Shown piece after piece: positions 40,595 through 50,872 of a stretch of DNA of 64,000 nucleotides. The position numbers and the translations under genes are program-made. The notes under the pieces are model-generated. The model was not told the origin of the DNA. It made no database searches and saw only the letters and a list, made by a program, of their open reading frames with translations. The stretch lies in contig CAVPSB010000034.1 in assembly GCA_963708025.1 (NCBI GenBank), positions 166,440 to 230,439 on the forward strand, written 5' to 3'. Each line of letters begins with the position of its first letter. Position 1 is the stretch's first letter. This DNA is from an uncultured Candidatus Rokubacteria bacterium. GTDB lineage: Bacteria > Methylomirabilota > Methylomirabilia > Rokubacteriales > DASRDR01.

Positions 40595-41165
40595 ATGCGG
40601 AGAATCCCCTTCTTGCTGACGACTGACCATCGCGGTCGTGCTCGCCGTCTTGGGCGGCCGGACCATCACCGCGCAGGACACCTCGGACGAGAAGTACACC
40701 GTGCAGGTGCCGGGTGGACTCGCGTTCTCCGAGTTCAGGGGATACGAACGCTGGCAGGTCGTTTCCATCAGTCACACCGGCGAGCAGGTGATGGCCGTGA
40801 TCATGGCGAATCCCCTGATGATCGACGCCTACAAGGCCGGTATTCCCGGCAACGGCCAGCCGTTCCCCGACGGCGCCAAGATGGCGAAGGTCCACTGGGG
40901 CCCGAAGAAGCTGGAGACGTTCCCGACGGCGACGGTGCCCGGCACGCTGCACGACGTCGACTTCATGGTGAAGGACAGCAAGCGGTTCGCGGACAGCGGC
41001 GGCTGGGGATACGGCGCGTTCAAGTACAACGCCGCGTCCGGGAAGTTCATGCCCGCCGACATGAACGACATGCCGCCGCAGGGGAACGATGCCAAGTGCG
41101 GGGTCGGGTGCCACACGATCGTGAAGGGGAGAGACTACGTCTTCACGGATTACGGGAAGCGCTGA
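40595..41165 (+). CDS. Cytochrome P460 / c'-beta family protein (7-nt duplication frameshifts the signal peptide)
   Basis: PFPDGAKMAK, MVKDSKRFADSGGWGY, C-terminal CGVGCH..DYVFT. Confidence 0.85.
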
Positions 41166-41401
41166 ACGGGAACGGTCCAAAACCTGAGTTCGTGCAGAGA
41201 GCTCGGCACATTCAACTCGAAACCTTTCTCGCCGTCGCTCGGTATTCGGGCTTAGGCCCGTGCGGATTCTCCCGCAGAGCGGGTCACGTTGGCGCGAACC
41301 AACTCGACTGACATCCGCATACACCCGACTGACTGGAGCGGGCGCCGCCCGCTTCTGCGGGCAGGCGGCGCCGAGCGTTCGGCGGAAAGGTGGGAAGTCG
41401 C

Positions 41402-42316
41402 ATGGCCGAAAAGGGACCAATCCTCGTAACCGGGGCAGCCGGTCAACTTGGGGCGGTCGGGCGAACGGTGACCGGGCTGCTCCTCGATCGTGGGCTTCCG
41501 GTTCGCTCTATGGTCCGTCGTGAAGATGACCGGGCGGCGGCCTTGCGGGCCGCTGGTGCCGAGGTGGTGGTCGGAGACTTACTCGAACCGGTTGACGTCT
41601 ATCGGGTCGTGAGCGGTTGTCGCCGGGTGTACTTCGGCATGTCCGTGTCCTCCGGGTATCTGGAAGCGGCCGTGACCATGGCGGCGGTCGCCCGGGAAGT
41701 CGGGGTGGACGCCGTGGTCATCATGTCTCAGATGACCGTCTCCCAGATGAGCATCCGGAACACCACTCCGAGCCGTCAGCAGCGGCAGCACTGGCTCAGC
41801 GAACAGGCGTTTGGATGGTCGGGCCTGCCCCTCGTCACCGTTCGGCCGACGATGTTCTTGGAGAGCTTTTTCCCTCTCGCCGGTCCGACCGTTCGTGACC
41901 GAGGCCGCATCGAATTGCCGTTCGGCCGGGGCAAGACCTCTCCGCTTGCCGGGGATGATGTCGCTCGGGTCGTCGCCACCGCCCTCGCCGACCCTGGGCC
42001 GCACCTAGGCCGGGTATACGAACTGACAGGTCCGCGGTCGCAGGACATGAATGCGGTCGCGCAGGAATTCTCGGACGCGCTGAACCGTGTCGTAACGTAC
42101 TCCGACGTTCCCCCCGAGGAGTGGGAACGAGAGCTGAAGAGACAGGGGTTGCCGGACCACCTCATCGGGCATGTGGTGACGATGGGCGAGTTGCACCGGG
42201 CGGGCCGGTACGACCGGATGACGGACGGCGTCGAGCGCGTGACCAACCGGCCGCCGATGAGCGTCCGGGAATTCGTATCGCTTCACGCCGATGAGTTCGG
42301 CGGTCGTCGCCCATGA
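41402..42316 (+). CDS. NmrA-like NAD(P)H-binding SDR protein
   Basis: ILVTGAAGQLG, VVGDLL, RPTMF, YELTGP. Confidence 0.88.
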   Translation: MAEKGPILVTGAAGQLGAVGRTVTGLLLDRGLPVRSMVRREDDRAAALRAAGAEVVVGDLLEPVDVYRVVSGCRRVYFGMSVSSGYLEAAVTMAAVAREVGVDAVVIMSQMTVSQMSIRNTTPSRQQRQHWLSEQAFGWSGLPLVTVRPTMFLESFFPLAGPTVRDRGRIELPFGRGKTSPLAGDDVARVVATALADPGPHLGRVYELTGPRSQDMNAVAQEFSDALNRVVTYSDVPPEEWERELKRQGLPDHLIGHVVTMGELHRAGRYDRMTDGVERVTNRPPMSVREFVSLHADEFGGRRP

Positions 42317-42513
42317 AGGTCTGCCACGCCGAAGGACAACTTGCAGCCGACCGGGCGGACCGCGATAGTGCTCCGGTCGCCTCTGATCGACTTCAGGGTG
42401 CTGCTGAGAGGACTTGGAGGCTACGGGCTTACCTTGTTGCGACTCGAGGGTAGGATGGCAACCGCCGGTGGCAACCGCGCCGTAAGTCCGTGTCACCACA
42501 GACTATGTCACAA

Positions 42514-42558
42514 CCCTCTCCAGGCTGAAACACGGGTTCGAATCCCGTTGGAGCCACC
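42514..42558 (+). repeat. att site: duplicated 3' part of tRNA-Glu
   Basis: 44/45 identity to 36267-36311, starting at the anticodon arm. Confidence 0.92.
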
Positions 42559-43698
42559 TGTAGGGCGCAAGAACTCCATCGACAGTCCTTTCCTTCCGCT
42601 TGAGCCTATGAAAGACTCCCCGTCAGAGCAGGACAGGGGGTCAAGCATGATCAGGTGGGCGGGGCGGGCGATCGCGGCATGGTTCACGTCCAGAGCGGAC
42701 CTGATCGCCGAGAATCTATGCCTGCGTCAGCAGTTGATCGTGCTGCAACGCCGGATGCCACGCCCCAGGCTGCGGGCCGGCGACCGCCGGTTCTGGATTC
42801 TCGCTTGTCGCTGGGTTCCCCGATGGCGAGAGTCCCTGCTCGTCGTTCAGCCCGCGACCGTGCTCGGCTGGCATCGCCGGGGGTGGACGGCCTACTCGCG
42901 CTGGCGGTCCCGACGACGCCGGGGAGGCGGGCGCCCGCGCATCGCGGGTGAGCTGCGTGCCCTCATCCGGAGGATGGCCGCGGAGAATCTCCTCTGGGGA
43001 CACCGCCGCGTCCAAGCTGAGCTCGCGCGGCTGGGATTCACGGTGTCGGCGCGGACCGTCGCCACGTACATGCGCAGGCCCTACGACGGCGTCCCGTCAC
43101 CCGGTTGGCGCGAGTTCTTGACGCGCCATGCCAAGGACATCTGGGCGTGCGACTTCTTCTGTGTTCGCACGATCTTCTTCCAGACGTTGGACGTCTTCTT
43201 CGTGATGCACCACGAGACCCGACAGATCCTGCAGGCTCGGGTGACCCGACATCCCGCCGCCGAATGGGCTGCTCAGCAGGTCCTGGACGCGTGTAGCTGG
43301 GACCGGGACCCGCCGCGGTATCTGATCCGTGACCGGGACGGCCGGTTCGGGATCGACTTCGATCGCCGCGTGCAACGGCTCGGCGTCAAACGGATCCGGA
43401 CCCCCGTGAGGGCGCCGCGGGCGAACGCGCTCGCGCAGCGGTGGATCCGATCGGCGAGGAGTGAGTGCCTGGACCATGTGCTCATCCTCAACGAACGCCA
43501 CCTTCAGCGGGTGCTGGACGAGTACGTCGCCTATTTCAATGCGTGGCGACCGCATCGAGGGCTGGGCCAACGCGCGCCGTGCGGGTCGGTGCCGCCGCCC
43601 ATATCCAACGCGGCCGGCAAGATCATCGGTCGGCCGGTGCTCGGCGGGCTGCATCATGTGTATCAGCACGCAGCGTGATGCAGTTCTTGCGCCCTACA
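42559..43698 (+). mobile_element. Intact IS with rve-type transposase inserted in the att CCA end
   Basis: IRs TGTAGGGCGCAAGAACT(C/G)CATC (21/22); 3-bp TSD ACC at 42556-42558 and 43699-43701. Confidence 0.92.
42647..43678 (+). CDS. rve-type DDE transposase
   Basis: ENLCLRQQL, ACDFF, LIRDRD, ECLDH, GGLHHVY. Confidence 0.9.
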   Translation: MIRWAGRAIAAWFTSRADLIAENLCLRQQLIVLQRRMPRPRLRAGDRRFWILACRWVPRWRESLLVVQPATVLGWHRRGWTAYSRWRSRRRRGGGRPRIAGELRALIRRMAAENLLWGHRRVQAELARLGFTVSARTVATYMRRPYDGVPSPGWREFLTRHAKDIWACDFFCVRTIFFQTLDVFFVMHHETRQILQARVTRHPAAEWAAQQVLDACSWDRDPPRYLIRDRDGRFGIDFDRRVQRLGVKRIRTPVRAPRANALAQRWIRSARSECLDHVLILNERHLQRVLDEYVAYFNAWRPHRGLGQRAPCGSVPPPISNAAGKIIGRPVLGGLHHVYQHAA

Positions 43699-43715
43699 AC
43701 CAGCATGACACTGTG

Positions 43716-43964
43716 ATGGCCGACGATGATCAACCGCGCATCGTGACGGCCGGTGCGCGCGTGCGAGATCGCTTTTGCGGCGAGGTTCATACGCTGCGGC
43801 GGCCCGATCGGGCGGTGTCTGATGCCCTGCTCGTCTACGAATGCTCGGTGAGACACGTCGACAGCCGAGGCGCGGCGCCGGTGTTTCAGACGACCCACAT
43901 TGGCGCCATTCTGGGCCGGCTTGTCGGTGGGCTTGAGCGGGCGGAGGTGCCGTCCAATGGCTGA
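43716..43964 (+). CDS. Small hypothetical protein
   Basis: ATG ORF; overlaps next ORF. Confidence 0.35.
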   Translation: MADDDQPRIVTAGARVRDRFCGEVHTLRRPDRAVSDALLVYECSVRHVDSRGAAPVFQTTHIGAILGRLVGGLERAEVPSNG

Positions 43965-44139
43965 AGACGAGCAGAAGTGCGTGGCGTGCCAGAAGCCTCA
44001 TCAGGCTGCGGCGTGGTACGTGCGCAAGGGTCTCCGTGGCGGCCGCGAATACCTCTGTGGCGCGGAATACGATCGGTACCCAGACAAGGTCGGATGGGTT
44101 CAAGTGTTCCCTCCAGAAGGGACGACCAGGACACACTGA
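43957..44139 (+). CDS. Small Cys-containing hypothetical protein
   Basis: RBS GGAGG; CVACQKPH...YLC possible Zn ligands. Confidence 0.45.
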   Translation: MAEDEQKCVACQKPHQAAAWYVRKGLRGGREYLCGAEYDRYPDKVGWVQVFPPEGTTRTH

Positions 44140-44141
44140 CC

Positions 44142-44525
44142 ATGTCGGAAGCGATCGACGTTCGATCATCGGGCCGGCCTGATGAATGGGGCGAGTGGAC
44201 CACGGTTCCGACGCTGTTGCAACAGGCCGATGGTTACACGATTGCTGTGTGGTCAGATTCTCACTCCACTGTGACAGTCGATGTGGGCATTGGCCCTTCG
44301 GGCACGGAAGTGTCACGGGGCGAAAATGAGGTGCCTCCGCGTCGCTTGAAAGAACGGCGTCAAGGGCAAGCGAAGACACTTCAGGTGCACGAGCCGATTC
44401 TGGCCGGCACGCGAATCGCTGTTCGCATTAGATCGCCACAGTCGAACGATGCCGTTCGGGTGGCGATCGAACTCTGGCCTAAAAGGGTCATCGCGCCGGA
44501 CACCCGAGGACGCTGGGCGCTGTAG
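44142..44525 (+). CDS. Hypothetical beta-rich protein
   Basis: ATG 2 bp after upstream stop. Confidence 0.45.
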   Translation: MSEAIDVRSSGRPDEWGEWTTVPTLLQQADGYTIAVWSDSHSTVTVDVGIGPSGTEVSRGENEVPPRRLKERRQGQAKTLQVHEPILAGTRIAVRIRSPQSNDAVRVAIELWPKRVIAPDTRGRWAL

Positions 44526-44673
44526 CTGGTCGATGAGGTTCGCGCCGCGCTCGGGTGACGCCAAGCGAGGTAGGCCGCTTGTGGCTCCTGCCGGAGATTA
44601 ACGGATTAGCGCGTTCAGTCGATGCTCCCGTGCCTGGCGATTCCGTTCCAGTACGTCGTAGATCGCGTTGAGC

Positions 44674-44708
44674 ACGGCCCCCGGAGGCGGGATGCCCCCG
44701 GAGGCCGT
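44674..44708 (-). terminator. GC-rich hairpin downstream of groEL
   Basis: ACGGCCTCCGGGGGC-ATCCC-GCCTCCGGGGGCCGT on minus strand; no U tract. Confidence 0.5.
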
Positions 44709-44737
44709 CGGAGTAGCCGGATGCTCTGGCCGGTGGG

Positions 44738-46402
<1,665 letters not shown>

Positions 46403-46434
46403 TCACAGGAATGGCCGCGGCTGAGCCGCGAGGG

Positions 46435-46743
46435 TCACGAGCCGAGGATGCCGAGCACGTCCTCCTCCCTCATGGTGAGGTACTCCTGGCCGTCCAGCTT
46501 GACTTCGCTCCCGGAGTACTTGCCGAACAGGATCCGGTCCCCCGCCTTGACGTCGAGCGGGATTTTCTTGCCCTCCTCGGTCACCTTGCCGGTGCCGACC
46601 GCGATGACCTTGCCCTCCTGGGGCTTTTCCTTGGCGGAGTCGGGGATGATGATGCTCCCGTGTTTCTCGTCCCCCTCCGCGAGACGCTTGACGAGGATGC
46701 GGTCATGGAGCGGGCGCAGCGTGGTCTTCGTTCCGTGAGCCAT
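46435..46743 (-). CDS. groS: Co-chaperonin GroES
   Basis: [29 protein letters not shown]. Confidence 0.97.
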   Translation of the reverse strand: MAHGTKTTLRPLHDRILVKRLAEGDEKHGSIIIPDSAKEKPQEGKVIAVGTGKVTEEGKKIPLDVKAGDRILFGKYSGSEVKLDGQEYLTMREEDVLGILGS

Positions 46744-46796
46744 CGTCGGGTCCTCCCTCTATCAGGTGTGGGTGAGTGGGGCGTCCACAATCTGAA

Positions 46797-46831
46797 TGTA
46801 CTACATTACTAGTACACTAGTCCAGTATCAA
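46797..46831 (-). promoter_or_regulatory. groESL sigma70 promoter overlapped by a palindromic operator
   Basis: TTGATA-N17-TAATGT on minus strand; palindrome TGTACTA-N6-TAGTACA at 46797-46816. Confidence 0.75.
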
Positions 46832-47069
46832 TCGACGGCCACGGGCAGGCGCGGCGCCGCATCGGAATCCGCCACGGCGGGGGCCGTCGAGGACACGGCG
46901 CGCCGAAGCCCACCCACCGGGCCGCGTCCGGACGCCGCGTCGCTCCCGCTCCCGACCCCGAGTCCACCGACCGGGCGGGGCCTTCTGAACTGGATCCGGG
47001 GGGCCATCGGGTCCGCGGAGGGCTTCGGAGCCGGCCGGTCAGGGGAGGACGTGCCGGTGGTGGGGAAGC

Positions 47070-47108
47070 TTGACACGGATTATCATAGTGTACTATCATA
47101 CTAATACA
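47070..47108 (+). promoter_or_regulatory. Divergent promoter region with second copy of the operator
   Basis: TTGACA at 47070; TGTACTATCATACTAATACA at 47089-47108. Confidence 0.65.
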
Positions 47109-47265
47109 GTATGAAGGATGAGATTGCGACCCTGAAACAGTCAGCGACCAGCGGCCCCGGCCGCGACGCAGTTCCCGTTAGGCTCGCGTCCGCTTGCACG
47201 GTTGCAGCCAAGGACAGTCCCATCGGCAGCCACAACCGCGCGCACCCGCCGGAGAGGATACGGGC

Positions 47266-47688
47266 GTGTTACGTTCCAACGGAACCAAGCCGCTCGTGGC
47301 CATCTTCGATTCCGCGGATGACGTGATCGAGATGCTGGGACAGGTCCTCGAGGATCACGGATTCCAGACTGTGGTCGGGCGAATCGCGGAAATCCAAAGC
47401 GGCGTGCTCGACTTGGTCGCCTTCCTCGACGAACACGACCCGCAGGTCATCCTGTTCGACCTCCCACGACCGTATGAACAGGACCTTAACTTCCTTCGCC
47501 TGCTGACCACGACCGACGGACTCAAGCGCCGCGGCTGTGTCCTGATGACGACCCACGAGGAGGCGCTGAAGGTCGTGTTCCGCTCGGCCGATGGTCAACC
47601 ATCCATCATTGGCAAGCCCTACGTGCCAGAGGTGGTGCAGATGGTGCGGACGGCGTTCGAGGGGTGCGCAACTCGGAGGGACCCATGA
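47266..47688 (+). CDS. Stand-alone response regulator receiver
   Basis: VAIFDS, VILFDLP, LMTT, GKPY; start inferred. Confidence 0.7.
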   Translation: MLRSNGTKPLVAIFDSADDVIEMLGQVLEDHGFQTVVGRIAEIQSGVLDLVAFLDEHDPQVILFDLPRPYEQDLNFLRLLTTTDGLKRRGCVLMTTHEEALKVVFRSADGQPSIIGKPYVPEVVQMVRTAFEGCATRRDP

Positions 47689-48092
47689 GCCAGCCAGCCG
47701 GGGCCGACAGCGTCTCGCGACTCGATGGCGTGAGGGTCCTCCTCGTCGAGGGCCATCCCGCCGTGCGTGAGGTCACCACCATGCTCCTCGAACGCTCTGG
47801 GGCTATGGTGACCGCGGTCTCGGGGGTTCAGGAGGCGCTGGAGACGCTGGAGTATGAGCGACCGCATGTGCTGATCTCGCACATCGTCCCGGATGGCTAC
47901 ACACTGATTCGAAAGGTGCGCGCCCTGCCGCCCGGGCGAGGCGGAGAGATTCCGGCGGTGGCCGTGACAGGGCTGCACAGCGCGGAGGACCGCGCCCAGA
48001 TCTTGCGGGCGGGGTTCCAGTATCACGTGCCGAAGCCTGTTGACGCACGACGCCTCACGGCGGTCGTGGCGATTTTGGCCACCAAAGAGTGA
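47685..48092 (+). CDS. Receiver domain protein lacking the phospho-Asp
   Basis: LDGVRVLLVEG, LISHI in place of LISDI, AGFQYHVPKP. Confidence 0.75.
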   Translation: MSQPAGADSVSRLDGVRVLLVEGHPAVREVTTMLLERSGAMVTAVSGVQEALETLEYERPHVLISHIVPDGYTLIRKVRALPPGRGGEIPAVAVTGLHSAEDRAQILRAGFQYHVPKPVDARRLTAVVAILATKE

Positions 48093-48243
48093 GACGCGCG
48101 ACGCTGACCAGGGCTGTGCGATCTCAGTCGTGTCCCGGTTTCACTGTTGTCCAAATTAGCGCTGAGAACGGATGAGCCCCCTGAGGTAGGGTGGCGTCGT
48201 GACCGACCAAGGTACGACACCGCCGCACACAGGAGGCTCAGCC

Positions 48244-50288
48244 GTGAGTGGATTCTGCAGCATGTTCAGCCAGCTGCTCAAGCTGTTTCCGCGGACGGAG
48301 TTCCAGGCGCTCGTGAAGCGGACGTACGCCGAGCGCCACGCCCGGGGCTTCACGTGCTGGGGGCAGTTCGTCGCCATGCTGTTCTGTCAGCTGGGTCGCG
48401 CCCATTCTCTGAGGGAGATCTGCGGCGGGCTGCGGAGCAGCGAGGGCAAACTGAAGCATCTGGGCATCACGGCGCCGGCCCGCTCGACGCTCGCCTATGC
48501 CAACGAGCATCGCCCGTGGCAGCTCTACCGGGCCGTGTTCGAGGCGCTCCTGGTCCGCTGTCAGCCCCTGGCGCAGGGCCGGCGGAAGTTCCGGTTCAAG
48601 AATAAGCTGGTCAGTCTGGACTCGACGGTCATCGACCTGTGCGCGACGCTCTTTGATTGGGCCAAGTTCCGGCGCACCAAGGGGGCGGTCAAGCTGTGCA
48701 GCCTGTAACGGCAGTGCTCGTACCGGTGAAAGTCCGGTCACGGCGTCCGCCCCGGGTGCCGTGTAGCGATACCCGACTCGCGGGGAGGGCGACCTTCCCG
48801 AGGGAAAGCTCGGGTAGAAAGTCCTCGGCGGCCGGAGAGCGATGTCTCTCCAGGTCGGATCGGTCCAGGAGGGCGAGCAACTGCGCGGGCCGTAGCAAGG
48901 CGAACACTGGTGGAAGCGTCGAAACGCCCCCCCGACAGAAGCCGAGGTCGGGATTGTGGGGGAGCCGACTCATTAGTTTGATGAGGAAGGCGATGGGAGC
49001 AGGGACTCATCGGGGATATGGACCTGCTTCTCCTCCCGACGTAGAGGTGACGGCACGCGTGGACGGAGCGCTGACCCAAAGCAGGGAAGGCCTCGATCGC
49101 AGCCCAGACCAAGTCGTCGGGCGAGGCCTCCTGTATAACCAATGTGCTTGGGAAGTCAGGGGGTGCGGTCGAGACTGGCGGATCGGGCCGGATAGCGTGG
49201 AGGGAAGGGACAACATAACCCTTCCGGAGCAAAGGGCCCGTGGGCCAAGGTGGTCGCTGCTGAGTGAGCCTGAGGCGGGCCGGTACCGGATCAGGGCCGG
49301 CGGAGTCCGCAGGAGGGACATAAGCGACGAAGGCCATGTCAAACCGGGAAGTGCCCGAGGGTATGCGGACTTGGCACTTAAGCTCGGACGCTTTGTGGGA
49401 AGGGCATGGCTGATGGCAACACACCTTGGCTTGGAGCCGTACTGGCGAAAAGCCGCTGTACGGAATCTTAGGGGGGGCGCTGGAGACGTCGCCATGCGAG
49501 CCGGACTGAGGCCCGCGGCGAAAGCCGCGGATAAGCCACCGGACGCTACCGTGGGCGCGCCAGCGCTCTACCCGACCCATTGCCTGCTGGATCACGACGG
49601 CTACCTCCCCAGCGTGGTCGTCATCACCGAGGGGAAGCGGCATGACGTGCGGGTGGCCCGCACCCTGCGCTTCGACGCCGGGACCATCCTGGTGATCGAT
49701 CGCGGGTACACCGACTACGCCTGGTTCGGGCAGCTCACGGGTCACGGGGTGTGGTTCGTCACCCGACTCAAGGACCCCGCGGTGTACGAGGTCGTCGAGA
49801 CCCGGCGGATCCCCGCCCAGGGCCGGGTGGAGCGGGACGAGGTCATTCGCCTGACGGGCGTGGGGGCCGCGGACAAGTGCCCCCACCTCCTGCGCCGCGT
49901 CGAGGTCTACGACCCCGAGAAGGACGTCACCCTGGTGTTCCTGACCAACCATTTGCGCTTCGGGGCGACGACGATCGCCGCGATCTACAAGGACCGCTGG
50001 CAGGTGGAGCTGTTCTTCAAGGCGCTCAAGCAGAACCTGAAGATCAAGACCTTCGTGGGGACCAGCGCCAACGCCCTGAAGGTCCAGGTCTGGACCGCGC
50101 TCATCGCCATGCTGCTCCTCAAGTACCTCCAACTCCGGTCCCGCTTCGGCTGGTCCCTCTCGAACCTGGTGGCGCTGCTGCGGATGAGCCTCTTCACGCA
50201 TCGGGACCTGTGGGCCTGGCTCGATCGCCCGTTCGAGGGGCCGCCCGCCGTCCTCACCGCCTCTCAGGGAGTGTTGAACCTTGCGTAA
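48244..50288 (+). CDS. IS4-family transposase (DUF4372-like N-terminus + DDE), exons 48244-48695 and 49577-50288
   Basis: Joined exons give 1164 nt in frame, restoring KGAVKLHCLLDHDGYLP; LDST, DRGY, YKDRWQVELFFK motifs. Confidence 0.92.
48696..49576 (+). ncRNA. ORF-less group II intron, 881 nt
   Basis: 5' GTGCAG, 3' CTACCCGAC; domain V GAGCCGTACTGGCGAAAGCCGCTGTACGGAATC near 49433; short domain IV 49244-49430; EBS1/EBS2 match 5' exon. Confidence 0.92.
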
Positions 50289-50872
50289 CCTGGACAGCAT
50301 GACCCGGGAACCTGATCTCGGTCCACGGCCACACCCGTCCAATATCCCGGGACATCGCGCGATCCACCGGCCGGATCCCGGCTAATTTGGACAGCAGTGA
50401 GCTTGCGCATGTGTTCAAGGTGACAGTGCCGAAGATGGAATATTACCTGGACGTCCTCCTCGACGCGCAGCTTCTTCATCGCTATCTCTCCCCGGATAGT
50501 CCCCCCAAGTACGTGTTGACTAGAGCCGGACGGCAGTTTCTGGTTGAGAAGGGACGCTTGTGAGCGGCAACGATCTGCGTACGAATCCAGCCGACGCCCT
50601 TCCGGCGCGGATAAGATGATTCAGTAGACCGCTTCGTACCCCTAGCCTCAGAAGCCCTGCCAGGTGGTCCCAGGGCTTGTTAGAGGCTCCTGTTCGAGGA
50701 AGAAGGGGCCCGGGGGCCCTACCTGAGGGACCCACGCGCGCCCACGGGCCCCGCCGGCCCCCAAGGGAAGGAGAAATGGGGCCCCCTCCACCCGGCCTTG
50801 GAATCTGGAGGGAGTGGCACCGCGCTTGACCCTTCTTCCCCCTCAGGACTACCCTTGGCGCACCGGAGGCCG

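Larger units (their letters stand above)
36313..42558. mobile_element. Genomic island 1 integrated at tRNA-Glu
   Basis: Bounded by the tRNA and a 44/45-bp copy of its 3' part at 42514-42558; TGGCAACC doublets in both arms. Confidence 0.8.
48142..50399 (+). mobile_element. IS4-family element containing a group II intron
   Basis: IRs CACTG(T/C)TGTCCAAATTAGC (18/19); no TSD seen. Confidence 0.9.

Noticed and set aside
42514-42558. Additional tRNA gene
   Set aside because: Only the 3' part is present; the acceptor 5' strand and D-arm are missing, so it is an att duplicate.
48657-50288. 543-aa ORF running through the intron as an intron-encoded protein or long transposase
   Set aside because: No RT (YADD) or maturase motifs. 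The N-terminal part is translated structured RNA that happens to be in frame with exon 2.
48130-50410. Target-site duplication around the IS4 element
   Set aside because: The flanks (CCCGGTTT / AGCTTGCG) share no direct repeat.
50815-50830. Sigma54 promoter TGGCAC-N5-TTGAC upstream of the cyclase
   Set aside because: The conserved -12 GC is GA and no enhancer is evident; too weak to call.
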